Shown here: positions 12,675-25,744 of the stretch, one piece after another | Numbering within the stretch: position 1 is the first letter of the stretch | Layout: each line of letters opens with the position of its first letter | Assembly: GCF_018977255.1 (NCBI RefSeq) | Contig: NW_024704743.1 | Location: 104,596,001 to 104,660,000 of the forward strand | Direction: 5' to 3' | DNA: 64,000 nucleotides | DNA from: Callorhinchus milii | Lineage: Eukaryota | Position numbers and translations under genes: made by a program | The notes under the pieces: model-generated | What the model was told of the DNA's origin: nothing | Database searches by the model: none | What the model saw: the letters and a program-made list of their open reading frames with translations, nothing else

Positions 12675-13370
12675 TACTCTCCATAGGCTGTAGATCATCC
12701 AGAAATCTGCAGCCCATATCATCTCCTGCACCAGACTCCATGATCCTATCACCCTCATCCTCGCCCAACTCCATTGGCTTCCCATCACACAAAGGATTCA
12801 GTTCAAGATCCTAGTCCTCACCTTCAAAGCCCTCCATGGTCTTGCTCCACCCCACCTCTGTGAATTCCTAACCCCCTACCCATCCTGCTTGCTCCCTCTG
12901 CTCAGCCAGCTTCACGTCCCCCACCTCGCTTGCCCCACTATTGGCGGGCCGGCCTTCTGCCACTCTGACCCACCTTCTGGAACTTCATTCCACAGTTCCA
13001 CCCTGCCTCAGCCCCTTCCTTGCCTCCTTTCAAGAGTCATCTCAACAACAACAACAAGAAGATTACATTTGTATAGCGCCTTTCACGTCAGGAGGACGTC
13101 CCAAGGCATCTCAAGACTCTCCTCTTCGTGCCTCCTTATCTGCTTTCGATCTCCCTGCTTCCCATCCCTGCCCTCCACACTCCCCAACCCCAACCCGCAG
13201 CTCGGGTCCGAAACTCTGTCTGTCGAGTGCCTTGGGACATCTTCCCGACTTGAAAGGCACTTTACAAATGTAACTTTGTTGTTTTTGTTCTAGCGCCTTG
13301 GGACGTCCTCCTGACGTGAAAGGCGCTTTATAAATGGAATCTTGTTGTTGTTGTTGTTGTTGTTGTTGTA
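12675..13370 (+). mobile_element. L2-clade LINE 3' fragment, composite with extra tails
   Basis: Encodes ...IIQKSAAHI...ITLILAQLHWLPITQRIQFKIL..., typical of the L2 ORF2 C-terminus; (GTT)n tails. Confidence 0.85.
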
Positions 13371-15275
13371 GCAGGGGCAGACCAGCCACTGGGAGCAGGG
13401 AAACTTCCCATTCAGACATATGAAGGTTTTCATTTACAAACTTCCATTTAAGTCACACTTTGACATTTCCAAGACAATTGCTATTGGATAGCAATATATG
13501 ATCTGCTGTGAAAGAGGCAGAGAGTATTAGGCAGGGTCAGTCTGGCAAGGGCCAAGGCTTGGGGACCCCAGAAATGTGTGTTTGGGTACTGCTGGAGATT
13601 AACCAGCTAAAACCAGACAGTTTGCCTTTAAACTCACTTATATAGCAAGCTTTCATTTGCTGCTTATCCAGCTATGACCACCATACTCATTAGGGCTTTG
13701 GTTTGCAGGGTTATTAATAATAATATTAATCCTTGCATTTAATATAGTGCCTTATCACATCTTCGAGACGTCTCAAAGCTCTTCACAGAATATACTGTAA
13801 ATGTAGTGACTGTGTGAGTTGAGTGTTTTAAAAGGAGTCGAATGGGAAGAATCCCTGTCTCTTGTGACTGGTCTGCTCTCCCTATTCCAGGATTAGGGAG
13901 GGCAGAACAATCCTGCTATTATTCAAAGAATCACAATCTTTAATTTACACCCAATGCACTCATGATGTGCTCTAACCAATAAGCTACAAGAGAATCTGTG
14001 TTAATTCACTTTACAGTATATTCTTGACAACGTGATAAGGTGCTATATTGCATGCAAGGATTATTTATTATTATATGTACTGGAGTACACATCAGTTTCT
14101 ATAAATATCTAAATAATGCATAACTGTATCTTGGCAATTTATGCTGTATTCTATCTTTGAAATCTTCTCTTACTGAATTTGATTATCTAAAGCCAGTAAA
14201 CAAACCAAGTAGAGTACCGAGACCAGCAATTTATCACTTTGGGGAGGAATGCATTGTACATTTAGTGCTCAATGGGACAGCTGCCAGAACATTTTAAACT
14301 AATTGCTTAAAAAGCAATGATGACAAGGATAATGTAAAACTCCCTTTGGCTGTTTCCAGCCTCACAATGCTCTATTGTAACACTACACAATATTTCTGTC
14401 ACTCACAGAATTCCACCTTTGGCTAAGATCTTTGTGCACGTCATAACAGACAACACTCAATGTTTGCAATCCAATGTATTATGGTGATTTAATGTTTCAG
14501 GTACAATGTGTATCACCAGGGCACATCTCTAGTGTTTTACTCTGATTAAATAATAGACATTGAATACCCTTGAGTCAGCAATGGGTTGAACTGTGAATGA
14601 CATCCAAATGCAGTCATTCAATGAGCTTTCCTAAGTACATGTCACACAGATTCTCTTGTGCAATGTTAACTTAGTCCCCTAGATTGCGTTTCTACATGAG
14701 CTAAATGACTGTACAGGAAAGAAGGTATAAGTGATCTATTCAAATCAGCTCCAGGAAGTGGTCTATTTTATTTCCATGCTAGGTTGAATTAATAGTCAAA
14801 TGTAAAATTCCATCCATCAGCAGTATATGCTGAGAGAAAGAAACGATTACACTGAAATGTGAAAAACAGAATTGTTTTAGTCTTTTTTTACTGTGCATTA
14901 TTCTTGTTATTTTATTTTTCTATCAGTGTAAATGGAAGAATATGGAAAATGAGACAAAACTGACATTTTCTTTGAATCTGCTTAAGGTATTAAGATACCC
15001 ACTTAAAGAGCAGATTTAAAATGCGTCAAGCTTGACATTATACTGTGAAAATTATCTCATGAAGCAGCGAGAGCAGTGACTAGAAGAGTGCTGAATTTCA
15101 CGGAGGAATCTGTGATCGTGGGTGGACATTATACTCTCTTATTGGAAAGAAAGCTGGAGCCATGTTGCCTCAGTGGTAAAGGGTTGAGTGTCAAACCTAA
15201 GGTAGGAATTCAGAATCAAATTTTAATGCAGACTGAAATTCGTACTCTGCTTCCATACTGCTTCACAAACTACTT

Positions 15276-15366
15276 GTGGAGTCCTGTAGCTCATTGGTTA
15301 GAGCACTCGCTTTGCAAGCGAGAGACTTGAGTTCAATTCCAGGCAGGGCGCAACCTTGGGCAAGTT
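15276..15366 (+). mobile_element. SINE head only (3' truncated)
   Basis: GTGGAGTCCTGTAGCTCATTGGTTAGAGCACTCGCTTTGCAAGCGAG...CTTGGGCAAGTT. Confidence 0.88.
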
Positions 15367-17523
15367 TAAAAAGGCTCTTTTTAAAGAACAATCCATTTCA
15401 GTCCTGTTTGCCTGCTCTTTCCCAATACCCCTTGTAATTTCCTCCTTTTTAAGATTATTATCTTGTTGCCTTGTCACATGTTACAGCACAAACACAGGCC
15501 ATTCATCCATTAAATCTTCATGGATATTTTTCTCCACATTGGCCATTTCATGGAACTTCATTTTCCTGATTGCTTTTTCCCACACCCTTTCATCTTTCTC
15601 CTCTTCAAGCATCTATCTAATTCCCTTTTAAAGGAATATATAAACTCTGCCTCAGCAACAGTGTTCTGGCAGAGAATTCCAATTGCTGTCTCTGTAAAGA
15701 GAGGAGCAAATCACTGGGTATGTTTCCACCAGTCACAATGGCTATTTCCAGGATTATTGATGAATTTAACCTAATATTTAGAATGGATCAAATGATGTTG
15801 AGGGAGATCTCTCCGCCCCCCCCCCCGCTACTGAAACCAAGAAACACTGAGTTTAGTTTATTAAATTCTAGTGTTTTAGTTTACAAAACTCTAAATTTTT
15901 AGTTTACTAAATTCATTAATTTCTGAGTTTACTGTTTATCCTGCTTTATTTTTCCCTACTTAGCCAATTTAAATTCACTTCAATTTCAAGTTACCCATCT
16001 CACCTTTGTTTGTAGCTCATGTGGACTAGTTTGGCAGAATGGCCTGGTTGAATACTGTATCACTCTATGTAACTCTATGTAGGAGGTTGCTGGTGAAAAT
16101 TACCTGTCGCTTTTGCCCAGAAAAATACAAAATACAATTCGCTTAGTTTCTAATTATTCTCTGCAAGGTGCTTCAAGACATTTCACTTCAGGTGAAAGAT
16201 GCTGTTTTTGCCAGGAAGTGTGGCTGAGGCCTGGATGCTGGACTCTTTTTCAAAGCAGCTTAATGTTGTGATGAGAGAACAGTAGGGTGTGTATTCTGGA
16301 AGGATGAGATTGGATGAGCCAAAATGTCTTCTTCATCCAAACAGTCTTGTGATCTTGTGTGTAAAGACAAACTGTTCTGACCGGCAGCTTATAAATTCTT
16401 TAACAAATGCTAAGAAACCTGAAATTTCATTTCAGAAATGATGTGGACTTTAAAGAATATGGCCAGGGAGCTAAAAGATCAGAGGGAAATAAAATAAATC
16501 TGTGCTTAAATTGGGCAAATAGAAATTAAATCCCGAATTAAACCTGTACTTTTTAAACACCCACACAAGAGTGTTATTTAATCTATTTTTTTCTCGATTA
16601 TGCTAAGTGTAACATTTTCATATCAAGGCTTTGCTTAATAATTCACGCTTCAGAGTGCAATGAAACCTTTTTTGAACCATGTGGTAAGAAGTAAGGATCT
16701 TCATAAGTATAAATAATTCCCTGATGCCTCTCTTTGAATAGTGCGTTGGTCACTTATGTTTAATTAAGGGTAGGGAATCCTTTGATTTACAATGAGATGG
16801 TGAAAAACAGAATATTCGGAATTTCAACGAAACTTTTATTGATACTTTCAGTACAGTGAAAGGACAGATTTAATGAAACGTTAATTCAATATTTGTTAAA
16901 AATCGATGAAGCGATATTCTGGGTGCCAGATGTTAAAATTGATTTGTCAGGCAATCTACTTAATTAATGTACTACCTGGATAGATGATTTTTTAAAAGAA
17001 ATTAATGTGTCCAATCATTTTTCTAATCTTCTTAGAGATATATGTTATCTCTATGCAGATCTGGCTCCCTCTTACAGAGGTGCAGTTCTACGAGTACTGG
17101 TTGCCCTCTGGTAACCTACTCCAGAGGCTGTTGTTCATGCGTAAGCCTTGACAGTTATTGTCGGCCAGTCACTCAATTGTAGTCAGCCGAGCCTGACCTG
17201 ACCTCGCCAAGCTGCCACACATCCGCACAGTCAGTATCCTGGCCAACAATTCCCCAGATAAAATTGATCATTCACTTCATGGCTATTTGTGGGACATTGC
17301 AGTGTATAAATTGGCTGTCACATTCACCTACAAAATGCATACTCACTACACTAGAATTGCTCCGAGATGCCACCCCATGTGGAGGGTCCTGTACAATATT
17401 GCGTACAGTAAAATCCAGTGAAGATTTGATAAGGGGCTCTATCAAATGCAAAGATTATTATGTGTGGACACAAGAGTGAAACAGGAGAGGTACTAGAGGT
17501 CATGCACCTGCAAGAGTCAGTAC

Positions 17524-17603
17524 CTGATTGCGAGGAGAGGAGGAGAAAATTGCCAACAAAGGAAGGAAGACACAGATTGCCAAAGACGGCTCGATTCGAA
17601 GCT
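17524..17603 (-). CDS. Candidate exon SFESSRLWQSVSSFLCWQFSPPLLAI(R)
   Basis: Acceptor tctctactcatag|, donor CAG|gtactg, phase 0>2; would join a phase-2 acceptor at 15196 (FDTQPFTTEATWLQLSFQ*). Confidence 0.45.
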
Positions 17604-18634
17604 CTATGAGTAGAGATGGTCATGTGTTCAGGGTAATGTTGTGTAACAATAATTTTTTCAAAGATGTGCTTTCAGTACAAGATTACACCATGGAGTATCG
17701 GGAACTAATAGATGGAGAATTAATGACAATAGTGCCTAGCATAAATCATTAAATAACAGTTAAAGTTAAAAATGAACACATTAACATGTTCCAACAGATA
17801 CAAATTGGCTTTTGTTGAAGAAAGTATTTTACGGGTGGGAAAATATCTTTGAATAAAGCAATCATTTTCCAAGTCGATAAATGAGAAGAAAAGTGGGGTT
17901 CTAAATCAAATAACAAGGAAACACATGGCTTGTGGTTGTAACATGCAAACTAGAGTAGATGCTTTTCCATTTGCTTCCAGTCAAGCAAGAAACAATTTAA
18001 TTCAGAGCTCAAGAATTTAAACAATAAAAGGAAGCCAAAGGCACTGTCGTTATCTCAGCTGCTGCATATGATATAAGTAAAGATTCTTAACATTTTAATT
18101 TTAGCAATCTGGAACAAGATTAAAATAAAGTTCCTTCTTTGTGAAATGTTTGCAGGGATTGGAAGTTGGAACTCACTGGCGGAAGTTGTGATTGAGGGAG
18201 AAAGCTTCAACTATTTAAGAGGAAACTCAATGCATGCATGAGGGAGAAGGGATATAGGTGAGGGTAGAAGGGGAAGCTAATAGCACCTCAGTTTAATGTC
18301 TTGCCCAAAGGACAGCATCTCTGACAATTCAGCATTCCCAAGAACTAGACTACAGTGTCAGCCTAGATTGTGAGCTCAGAATCCCAACATGAGGTTTGTC
18401 CCACAACCTTCTGACCCAGGAGTAAAAATGTTACAAGCTGAAGCAGGTTGGTACCTAATTTTGATGCAGATGTTAGGTACAGTGATTTTATGTATTGTGT
18501 TTCAGGAAACTATATAACAGTAAAGATCACTTCTCTTCTAACTACAGGTCCACTCGGGTAAAAACCCTGTACCTGGGACTTCCTCCTGCTGTGAAAGGTG
18601 CTGTACAAATGTAAATTTGTTGTCCCTGTCTGAC

Positions 18635-18725
18635 TAAATTGCAAGGCATCAGAAATTTCATGTCATCTTCCCTGAAGAATTCCATCATTCTGGTCTTCAA
18701 ATATGAATGACTTGTTCTTGCTTGG
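18635..18725 (-). CDS. Candidate exon QARTSHSYLKTRMMEFFREDDMKFLMPCNL
   Basis: Strong acceptor tgtttttttgttcaaattcag|, weaker donor TTA|gtcaga, phase 2>0, open. Confidence 0.45.
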
Positions 18726-19542
18726 CTGAATTTGAACAAAAAAACACAGGTAACAGAAGATGACCTTTCAGTTTATTCTCAATTATACTGGGGGAAAAAT
18801 GATCTTCCATCATGGTCAAATCTGGTTCATTGCTTATATATTCAGCGATGCATAACAGCAAAACACTTTGGATCAATTGTCACTTTGCATGTGCTAGCAC
18901 AATTCTTGGCATAAATAATGGTTCGACTGCTACTCATCTGCAAACATTGTAGTTTTGCTGCCAGCACCAGACAAGGACATTTGTATTTGATAGTCTCAAT
19001 CTAATATCATTGTTCAAAACGTCATAAAATAGCAGGATGCGGAAGGCACTCATAGATTTCCTGACAAATTGAGTTTAAGATTGAGGGATCTCAGCTGCAT
19101 TAGTCTGAGGAGGCAGCCTGCAGATGAAAGTATATCACCACAAGTAAAGGTTGAGTAAGATTCAACACATGCTCAGATATCAAATTACAGAGCAGTAATG
19201 CCAGAAAACAAAAAAAATGTGAAAATGTGGACTGTGATGCAGCAGGAGATCATGATTGCAAATCAATTGGAATCTTTAAATGGAGCTAGACAGAATAAAA
19301 ATAATCCTTCCATCAGCTTGGCTCACTTGGTAGCATTCTCACCTCTGAGTCAAAGATTTTGGTTGCAAGACCCACATTGGGACTTTGAGCTCGATGTTTT
19401 AAGCTGTTACTCCAATACATTGCTGGCGGCGTGCTGTATTTTCAGAGATAAGAACATAATGAAATGCTAGACGATAAATGACTAAGGTCCATCTAGTTTG
19501 CCTTCCACCTTCCTGGTGGTCGCATGCACATATGTCCCAAAC

Positions 19543-20630
19543 TACAACAATAACAACTTTGATTTATAGCGCCCTCCATGCCGGACGGGGTCTCAGAGCA
19601 TTTTACAGTAACGGATCCCGGGACCGAGCCGGGGGAAGTGACCAAAGCTGCGGTCAAAAAGAAAGGTCTTCAGCAAAAACCTGAAATTGAGAAGGGAGGG
19701 AGCGAGACGAAGGGAGTGAGGAAGGCATAGTGGCTGAGGTATGGCCACCGAGGGTGGACGGAGGACTCGGGGGACGAGGAGGAGGCTAGACCTGGAGAAA
19801 CGAAGGGGATATTGTAGGGGAATGCAGAGGAGTGCAGGGACTTGAATATGAGGGTGAGGATCTTGAAATCGATCCTCTCTGGGACAGGCAGCCAGTGCAG
19901 TCTGGCAAGGACTGGGGTGATCGGGGAGCGGAGTTTCGTGCAGGTGAGAATGCGAGCGGCAGAGTTTTGAATGAGTTGGATTTTATGGATGGTAGTGGAT
20001 GCGAGACCGGCGAGGAGGGCATTAGAATACTCCAGCCGAGAGGTGACAAAGGCATGGACCAGGGTTTCAGCGGCTTTTGGAGTGAGGTATTGGCGGACAC
20101 AGACGATGCATCGGAGGTGGATAGAAAGCGGTGCTGGTGAGCGACCGGATGTGAGGGACGAAGGATAATTGGGGGTCGAACCTGATGCCTAGGTTGTGTA
20201 TGGGTTCGGAGAGTTTTAGGGGGAGGTCGGGTAGGTGGAGGAGGTGAGAGCTGTGAGATTTTAGATGTTGACAAGAGCCAAAGAGTATGGCTTCCATCTT
20301 GTCAACGTTCAGCTGAAGGAAATTTGCGCTCATCCAACCCTTGAGATCTGACAGGCAGGCTGACAGAACATCAGGGGACTGGGGGTCGCAAAGAGAGGTG
20401 GCAAAATAGAGTTGGGTGTCGTCTGCATACATGTGGAAGTGTACCCCATGTCTGCGGATGACATCCAAGAGAGAGCATATAGATCAGAAAGAGGAGGGAG
20501 TCAAGGATGGATCCTTGGGGTACCCCGCAGGTAATCGGGTGAGAGCGGGAGGAGAAGCCATTTGTGCAGATGTACTGCTGGCGGTTTGTGAGGTAGGATT
20601 CGAACCAGGCTAGTGCAGTCCCACTGAGGT
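19543..20630 (-). mobile_element. L2-clade LINE, 5'-truncated, with RT fragment
   Basis: ORF 20067-20468 contains FHMYADDTQLY and WMSANFLQLN; frameshifts; tail ...GGAGGGCGCTATAAATCAAAGTTGTT. Confidence 0.92.
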
Positions 20631-21062
20631 CCCCAAACTACCTATGTACTAAATCCCACAATGTTATTTCCTAAAAGAAAACTAACTGATCTGTGTTTGA
20701 AAGAATCAACACTTCAAAATTGAGATGCTGTCCTACAGGTTGAGACCTTAACCCAAGATCCCGTCTACCTGTTCTTGTGGATGTTAAATATCTCATGTCA
20801 CTATTCAAGAACAGAATTGCTCCCAGTGTCCTGGCCAACGAACTCCTAGAAAAAAATGGTCAGTTATTTCATTGCAGTTTGTGCGCCATGCTCACAATCA
20901 TTGCATAATACTCCACATTCTTGGTACATTTAATTTAGTATCTAAGCCAAATGGATAATTTTGCAATATTTAACAATTTCAGAAATGGTATTGGGCCACA
21001 CTTCAAATATCGTGACAATAAAAATATTATTAAAAATAATAATAATCCTTGCATTTTATATA

Positions 21063-21330
21063 GTGGAGTCCTGTAGCTCAGTGGTTAGAGCACTCGCTTT
21101 GCAAGCGAGAAACCTGAGTTCAATTCCAGGCAGGGCAAAACCTTGGGCAAGTTTCCTTACTCCACACGTCTAATAATAATCCCTCCAAAACCAAAAACAA
21201 TAATAAATTGGTCATTTTCAATCTACGACTGCTTGTGGGACATTGCTGCGCAATTGGCTGCCGCGTTCGCCCACAAATATACAGTCAATTCACTTTACAG
21301 TGTGTTCTGTGAAGCGTTTTGGGACGTCCT
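21063..21330 (+). mobile_element. tRNA-derived SINE, tail truncated
   Basis: Head and core match the other copies. Confidence 0.9.
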
Positions 21331-22318
21331 TGAACCCACAACCATCTGACTCAGAGATGAGAATGCTTACCCTGATAACAAATCTTGTTAGAATTCTTGT
21401 CTTCTTGTGGGGTCTCATTCCAGAAGTAGATAATGTCAGAGTGTTGTTCCCATTGGTCAGTAAGGAGACATGGTAGACATTATTAAAAGCAGGAGCCTAT
21501 TTGGCTGCAGTATTTAAACTATACTGACAGCAGAATTGCTGCCTTGAGACTTTGAGATTTGGTTGCATTTAACGGCGGACCTGATTGAACTGTACCATTT
21601 TTATTATGGTTGGTTACCAATACTATGCAGAACAACCCTGAATTGCTGTTTAAATGACAGGTATATGTAAATTTGTCAGGTTTAATTAATTGTGTCTACA
21701 CTACCATCTGCATCGTCTCAATCCAACTTTGATAAAGATAACCATATTGAGCTTTTCAGCTCCCAGCAGTGTCTGGACTGTGTTAAATGTTCACTGATCT
21801 AAGCTGGTATACTGGTGAGAGTGCTAACAAATGACTTTAGTTCCAGCTGGCTAGGGTAGGAAACAACAGGCAGATTGTTACCAGCACGTTCCAAAGGAAG
21901 AGAAGATGCAGCTTTCAAGAAAAGCTTTTCTCTCTTAGATGACGCATATGAGACAGTACTTGAAGGAAGTGATTAAAATTATGAAAGGATACAATAAGTT
22001 GGATATAAATAGACCGTTTTCACTTGTTACTAGAGGGTTAATGGAGAAGGATAAGGAGTGCTGGAGGCTCATATGGGGTATAAACACCAGCACAGACTAA
22101 TTGCACCAAATGGTCTGTTATAGTGCTGTATGGTCGATGTAAATCTATGTAAGGTAAGCTTTCCTCTTACACAGCAAGGTAAGATAGAAATGTTATGGAT
22201 TGGACATTGGATGATGACACCATTGGTTTGTTCTTGATGTTATAAGCATACAAATTCTTATTATTATAAAGTAGGAGTGAGGCTTTATCACTGATTCTAT
22301 ATTCTGTTCTCCAGGACA

Positions 22319-22621
22319 GTGGAGTCCTGTAGCTCAGTGGTTAGAGCACTCGCTTTGCAAGTGAGAGACCTGAGTTCAATTCCAGGCAGGGCGAAACCTT
22401 GGGCAAGTTTCCTTACTCCACACGCCTAATAATAATCCCTCCAAAACCAAAGACAATAATAAATTGGTCATTTTCAATCTACGACTGTTTGTGGGACATT
22501 GCTGTGCGCAATTGGCTGCCGCGTTCGCCCACAAATAAAGAATCAATTCACTTTACAGTGTGTTCTGTGAAGTGCTTTGGGACGTCCTCCTGACGTGAAA
22601 AGCGCTATATCAAATGCAAGG

Positions 22622-22653
<32 letters not shown>
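22319..22653 (+). mobile_element. tRNA-derived SINE, full length with a long (ATT)n tail
   Basis: Near-consensus copy. Confidence 0.93.
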
Positions 22654-22655
<2 letters not shown>

Positions 22656-22859
22656 TGAATAAACCATCCTCAGCACTATTTTGCATTCTGTTGTATTTAT
22701 GAAAGTAATGGATGACATTGCTGAGGAATCATAGGACAAGTTTGATGAAGGTTATATAAATAACTCATAATGCCACTCACATACAATGGAAATTCTGGTC
22801 TGAAATGAATAATCTGCCTTGTGGCAGATGATACAATATTTGGCTCTCTTTCAATTCAC

Positions 22860-22997
22860 CTCTCCAAGCTACAAATGTTGGATAAAGTGCCAAGTTCAGG
22901 GCATTTTGCAGGAACACGTTCACTGAGGACTGTGTTAAAACTGTCACAACTCATTCTGCTTGTACCTAATCTACCATATGTGACAGGAGACCTTTCA
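22860..22997 (-). CDS. Candidate exon ERSPVTYGRLGTSRMSCDSFNTVLSERVPAKCPELGTLSNICSLE
   Basis: Acceptor ctgctctattgcag|, donor GAG|gtgaat, 138 nt, open; phase 2>2 fits between the 27507 and 18725 exons. Confidence 0.55.
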
Positions 22998-23744
22998 CTG
23001 CAATAGAGCAGTACTTGGGTTCCAACCAACTGCACCACTCAGCAAAATTGCATCCTTAGTGCAATTAAAATAGCAACTTCTCTCACCCAGGATGTGACTC
23101 AGAGCTGCTTTTAATATTTGATCTCCAAATGTCTTTCAATCTTTAAACCTACACCATTTCATACTTGTAAACATATAGATTTTTAATGGGATTGAGAAGA
23201 TAAACCTAGAACAATATTTTCGGAAGTACCGAAAGAATAGAACAAGAGGACATAGGTTTAGGGTTGCAAAGAGCAATTTCAGGTCAGACACCAGGAAATA
23301 TTTATGTAAATTGTGCTGTATGAAATGCAAGGATTATTATTATAACCCTGTTAGCTTCCCCCAGCGCCTATCTTCTTTCTCAATATGTTCATTGACTCCA
23401 TATACCACCAATTCAAATAGTTTATTCATAATGTTCTTTAATTTCATTCATTCGTATTTAAAATTTTTAAGGAAACTGACCTTGCCTGGAAGCACCTCAC
23501 CTGAAATCCAGCTAATTGCAAATGCCCAAACAGGAGTTGGTGTTTCTGAGGATTCAGCACTCACAGCTTGTAAACACTGATGCCCTCTGCTGGGGACTTG
23601 CAGCTTCTCATGTCAAGGGGAACATACATTTCAGTTTGCATTTTAGTCACTGCCTTTACAGTATAACCTGTGAAGTGCTTTGAGATGCCCTCCTGACTTT
23701 AAAGGTGCTATATCAAATTTAAGGATATTATTAAGATGAGATTG

Positions 23745-24132
23745 TTCTCCTTAGAGCCGAGAAAGTTAAGGCGAGATGTAATAAAGGTGTTCTGATAGAT
23801 TAGATAGGGAGAAACTGTTTCCACTGGCAGGAAACAGTAACCAGGGGACATAGATTTAAGATAGTTGGCAAACGAATCAGAGGGTAGATGAGGAGAATTC
23901 TTTTTACACAGAGAGTTGTTATGGTCTGGAATGCACTGCCTGAAAGGATAGTGGAAACAGATTCTGTAACAGCGTTCCAAAAGGGAATCAGATAGGTTCT
24001 TGAGAAGGAAACATTTGCAGGGAAAGAGCGGGGGAGTGGGACTAATTGGGTAGCTCTTTCAAAGAGCTGGTACAGGCCGATGGGCCAAGTGGCCTCCTTC
24101 TGTGCTGCAATGTTCTATGATTCTAAGATTCT
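23745..24132 (+). mobile_element. CR1-clade LINE 3' end
   Basis: Decayed RGD/TRGH/FFTQRVVMVWNALP coding sequence and 3' end TGGCCTCCTTCTGTGCTG...TTCTATGATTCTAAGATTCTA. Confidence 0.85.
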
Positions 24133-24978
24133 ATTATTATATAGGCAAACACGGCAGCTAATCTATTGCATCAACATCCCACAAACAACGAGGAGATAAA
24201 CAGACAATACATTTGTGGTTGGAGATAAATGTGGATTTAGAGAGGAATATGAGCCAGGTTAATTAGGATGGAGAAAGGCTCCATGTTTTTTTGAAATAGC
24301 AATAATACCTGTGGTCCTTTACGATCATCTGAATAACAAATGTAAAATAAGAACCTGATTGGAAAAACAATTGCACAAAACAAGGAACTGAATACAAGGT
24401 AAAACATTATAAGCAAAGACATTGGGCAAAGAGGTCAGACATGCAGGAGTTAGAATTGGAGTAGCAAATATCGGACCTGGATATGATCATGATGACCATT
24501 AGGAATTCTAGTCCAACACATCTAGAAGGAAATTGCATTGTAGAGCAATTCTAGAGGGTCGGTGTGAGCTATTTGCATACCAGCAGGATTCAATAGTTAT
24601 AAATCCTTTGTGCATCTAGTTTGTAATTTGGCACATCTGGCTTGGTGACCCACATTCGGCCAACAATTTTATCTGGCCTGAGACCATTTCCAACATTCCA
24701 ACTTTCACTCCCTCTCTGGTGAATGTCTTCCGAGGGCAGCAGCAGCAGCTTAGAGCTTGTACTCCCCCTCTCTCCCTAGTGAACGTCCTCCTAATTTGGA
24801 TGTGCTATATTAAGGATGCTAGTTATAAAAATAATGCATAAGCATAGCTGGAGTCAGTCCAAATTGTTGTCTGTGAGCAAGGCACACAGTGTCACAGTGG
24901 ACATGACAACACAATGGACCAATGTCACATTGGACATGATGTCTTTACATAGCAATAAGATATTATCAGTGGAGATGA

Positions 24979-25198
24979 AATGATGACCAGCACTGATACA
25001 TTCCTCCCCACATGGTTAATAAGATCGCTGCTGTTTTTGTTGGTGAAGACGGTATTCTTCCAGTCAATATAGATATTGCTGTATACATGCAGACTTTCTT
25101 GAATCAGGTAAGCAGGGTACAACCCTCTGGGGAAATACTGCACCTTCCATTCCAGCTACGGGAATTTCTGTGTGTAGGTGGCGTGCGGGAACTCTTAG
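24979..25198 (+). mobile_element. Decayed Helitron-like RepHel fragment with a candidate 3' terminus
   Basis: Translates NDDQH*YIPPHMVNKIAAVFVGEDGILPVNIDIAVY, resembling the Helitron Rep motif (RRYNxPTxNEVAAIFVGEDGEPP..RDIxxY, from recall). Downstream are a G-T wobble hairpin at 25166-25190 and TTAG|T. Confidence 0.55.
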
Positions 25199-25551
25199 TC
25201 TGGTTTGGATGCTCATAAATATGGTCACTGGTTCATATGGTTTCCACATGAACCAGTGACCAAAAGAAATATGATGAATCTTTATAGTCCCGTGTTTGGG
25301 AATAGACATTGGCAGATAAGGTAATTCTGGTCCCTGGGTGTTAAGACTGTTACACAGAACAAAATTCTCATGTTCACGACTTTCACGTAATCCATTATTA
25401 TTATTTTACACTATTTTCTTATTAAGTGACCTTTAATAAGTTTAATAATCCAATGACTAACTTACACATGTTACCTTCAGGTCACCAAAATAACGTAAAA
25501 CCAGGAGAGCGGGAATAGGTGTCAGTGGCAATCCCACTGCACCCAATGTCA

Positions 25552-25744
25552 TAATGGACATGACATCACAATGGGCCCAACGTGACAATGGACATGATGT
25601 CACAATGGGCCCAACGTGACAATGGACATGATGTCACAATGGGCCCAACGTGACAATGGACATGACATCACAATGGGCCCAACGTGACAATGGACATGAC
25701 GTCACAATGGGCCCAACGTGACAATGGACATGATGTCACAATGG
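25552..25744 (+). repeat. 34-bp minisatellite (two 17-bp subunits), about 5.7 copies
   Basis: Unit CAATGGACATGAYRTCACAATGGGCCCAACGTGA repeated without spacers. Confidence 0.95.

Noticed and set aside
25012..25107. Plus-strand host exon ending at CAG|gtaagc
   Set aside because: There is no good acceptor or partner exons, and the peptide is better explained as a Helitron relic.
25552..25744. CRISPR-like array
   Set aside because: The units are directly adjacent with no unique spacers, there are no cas genes, and the context is vertebrate; it is a minisatellite.
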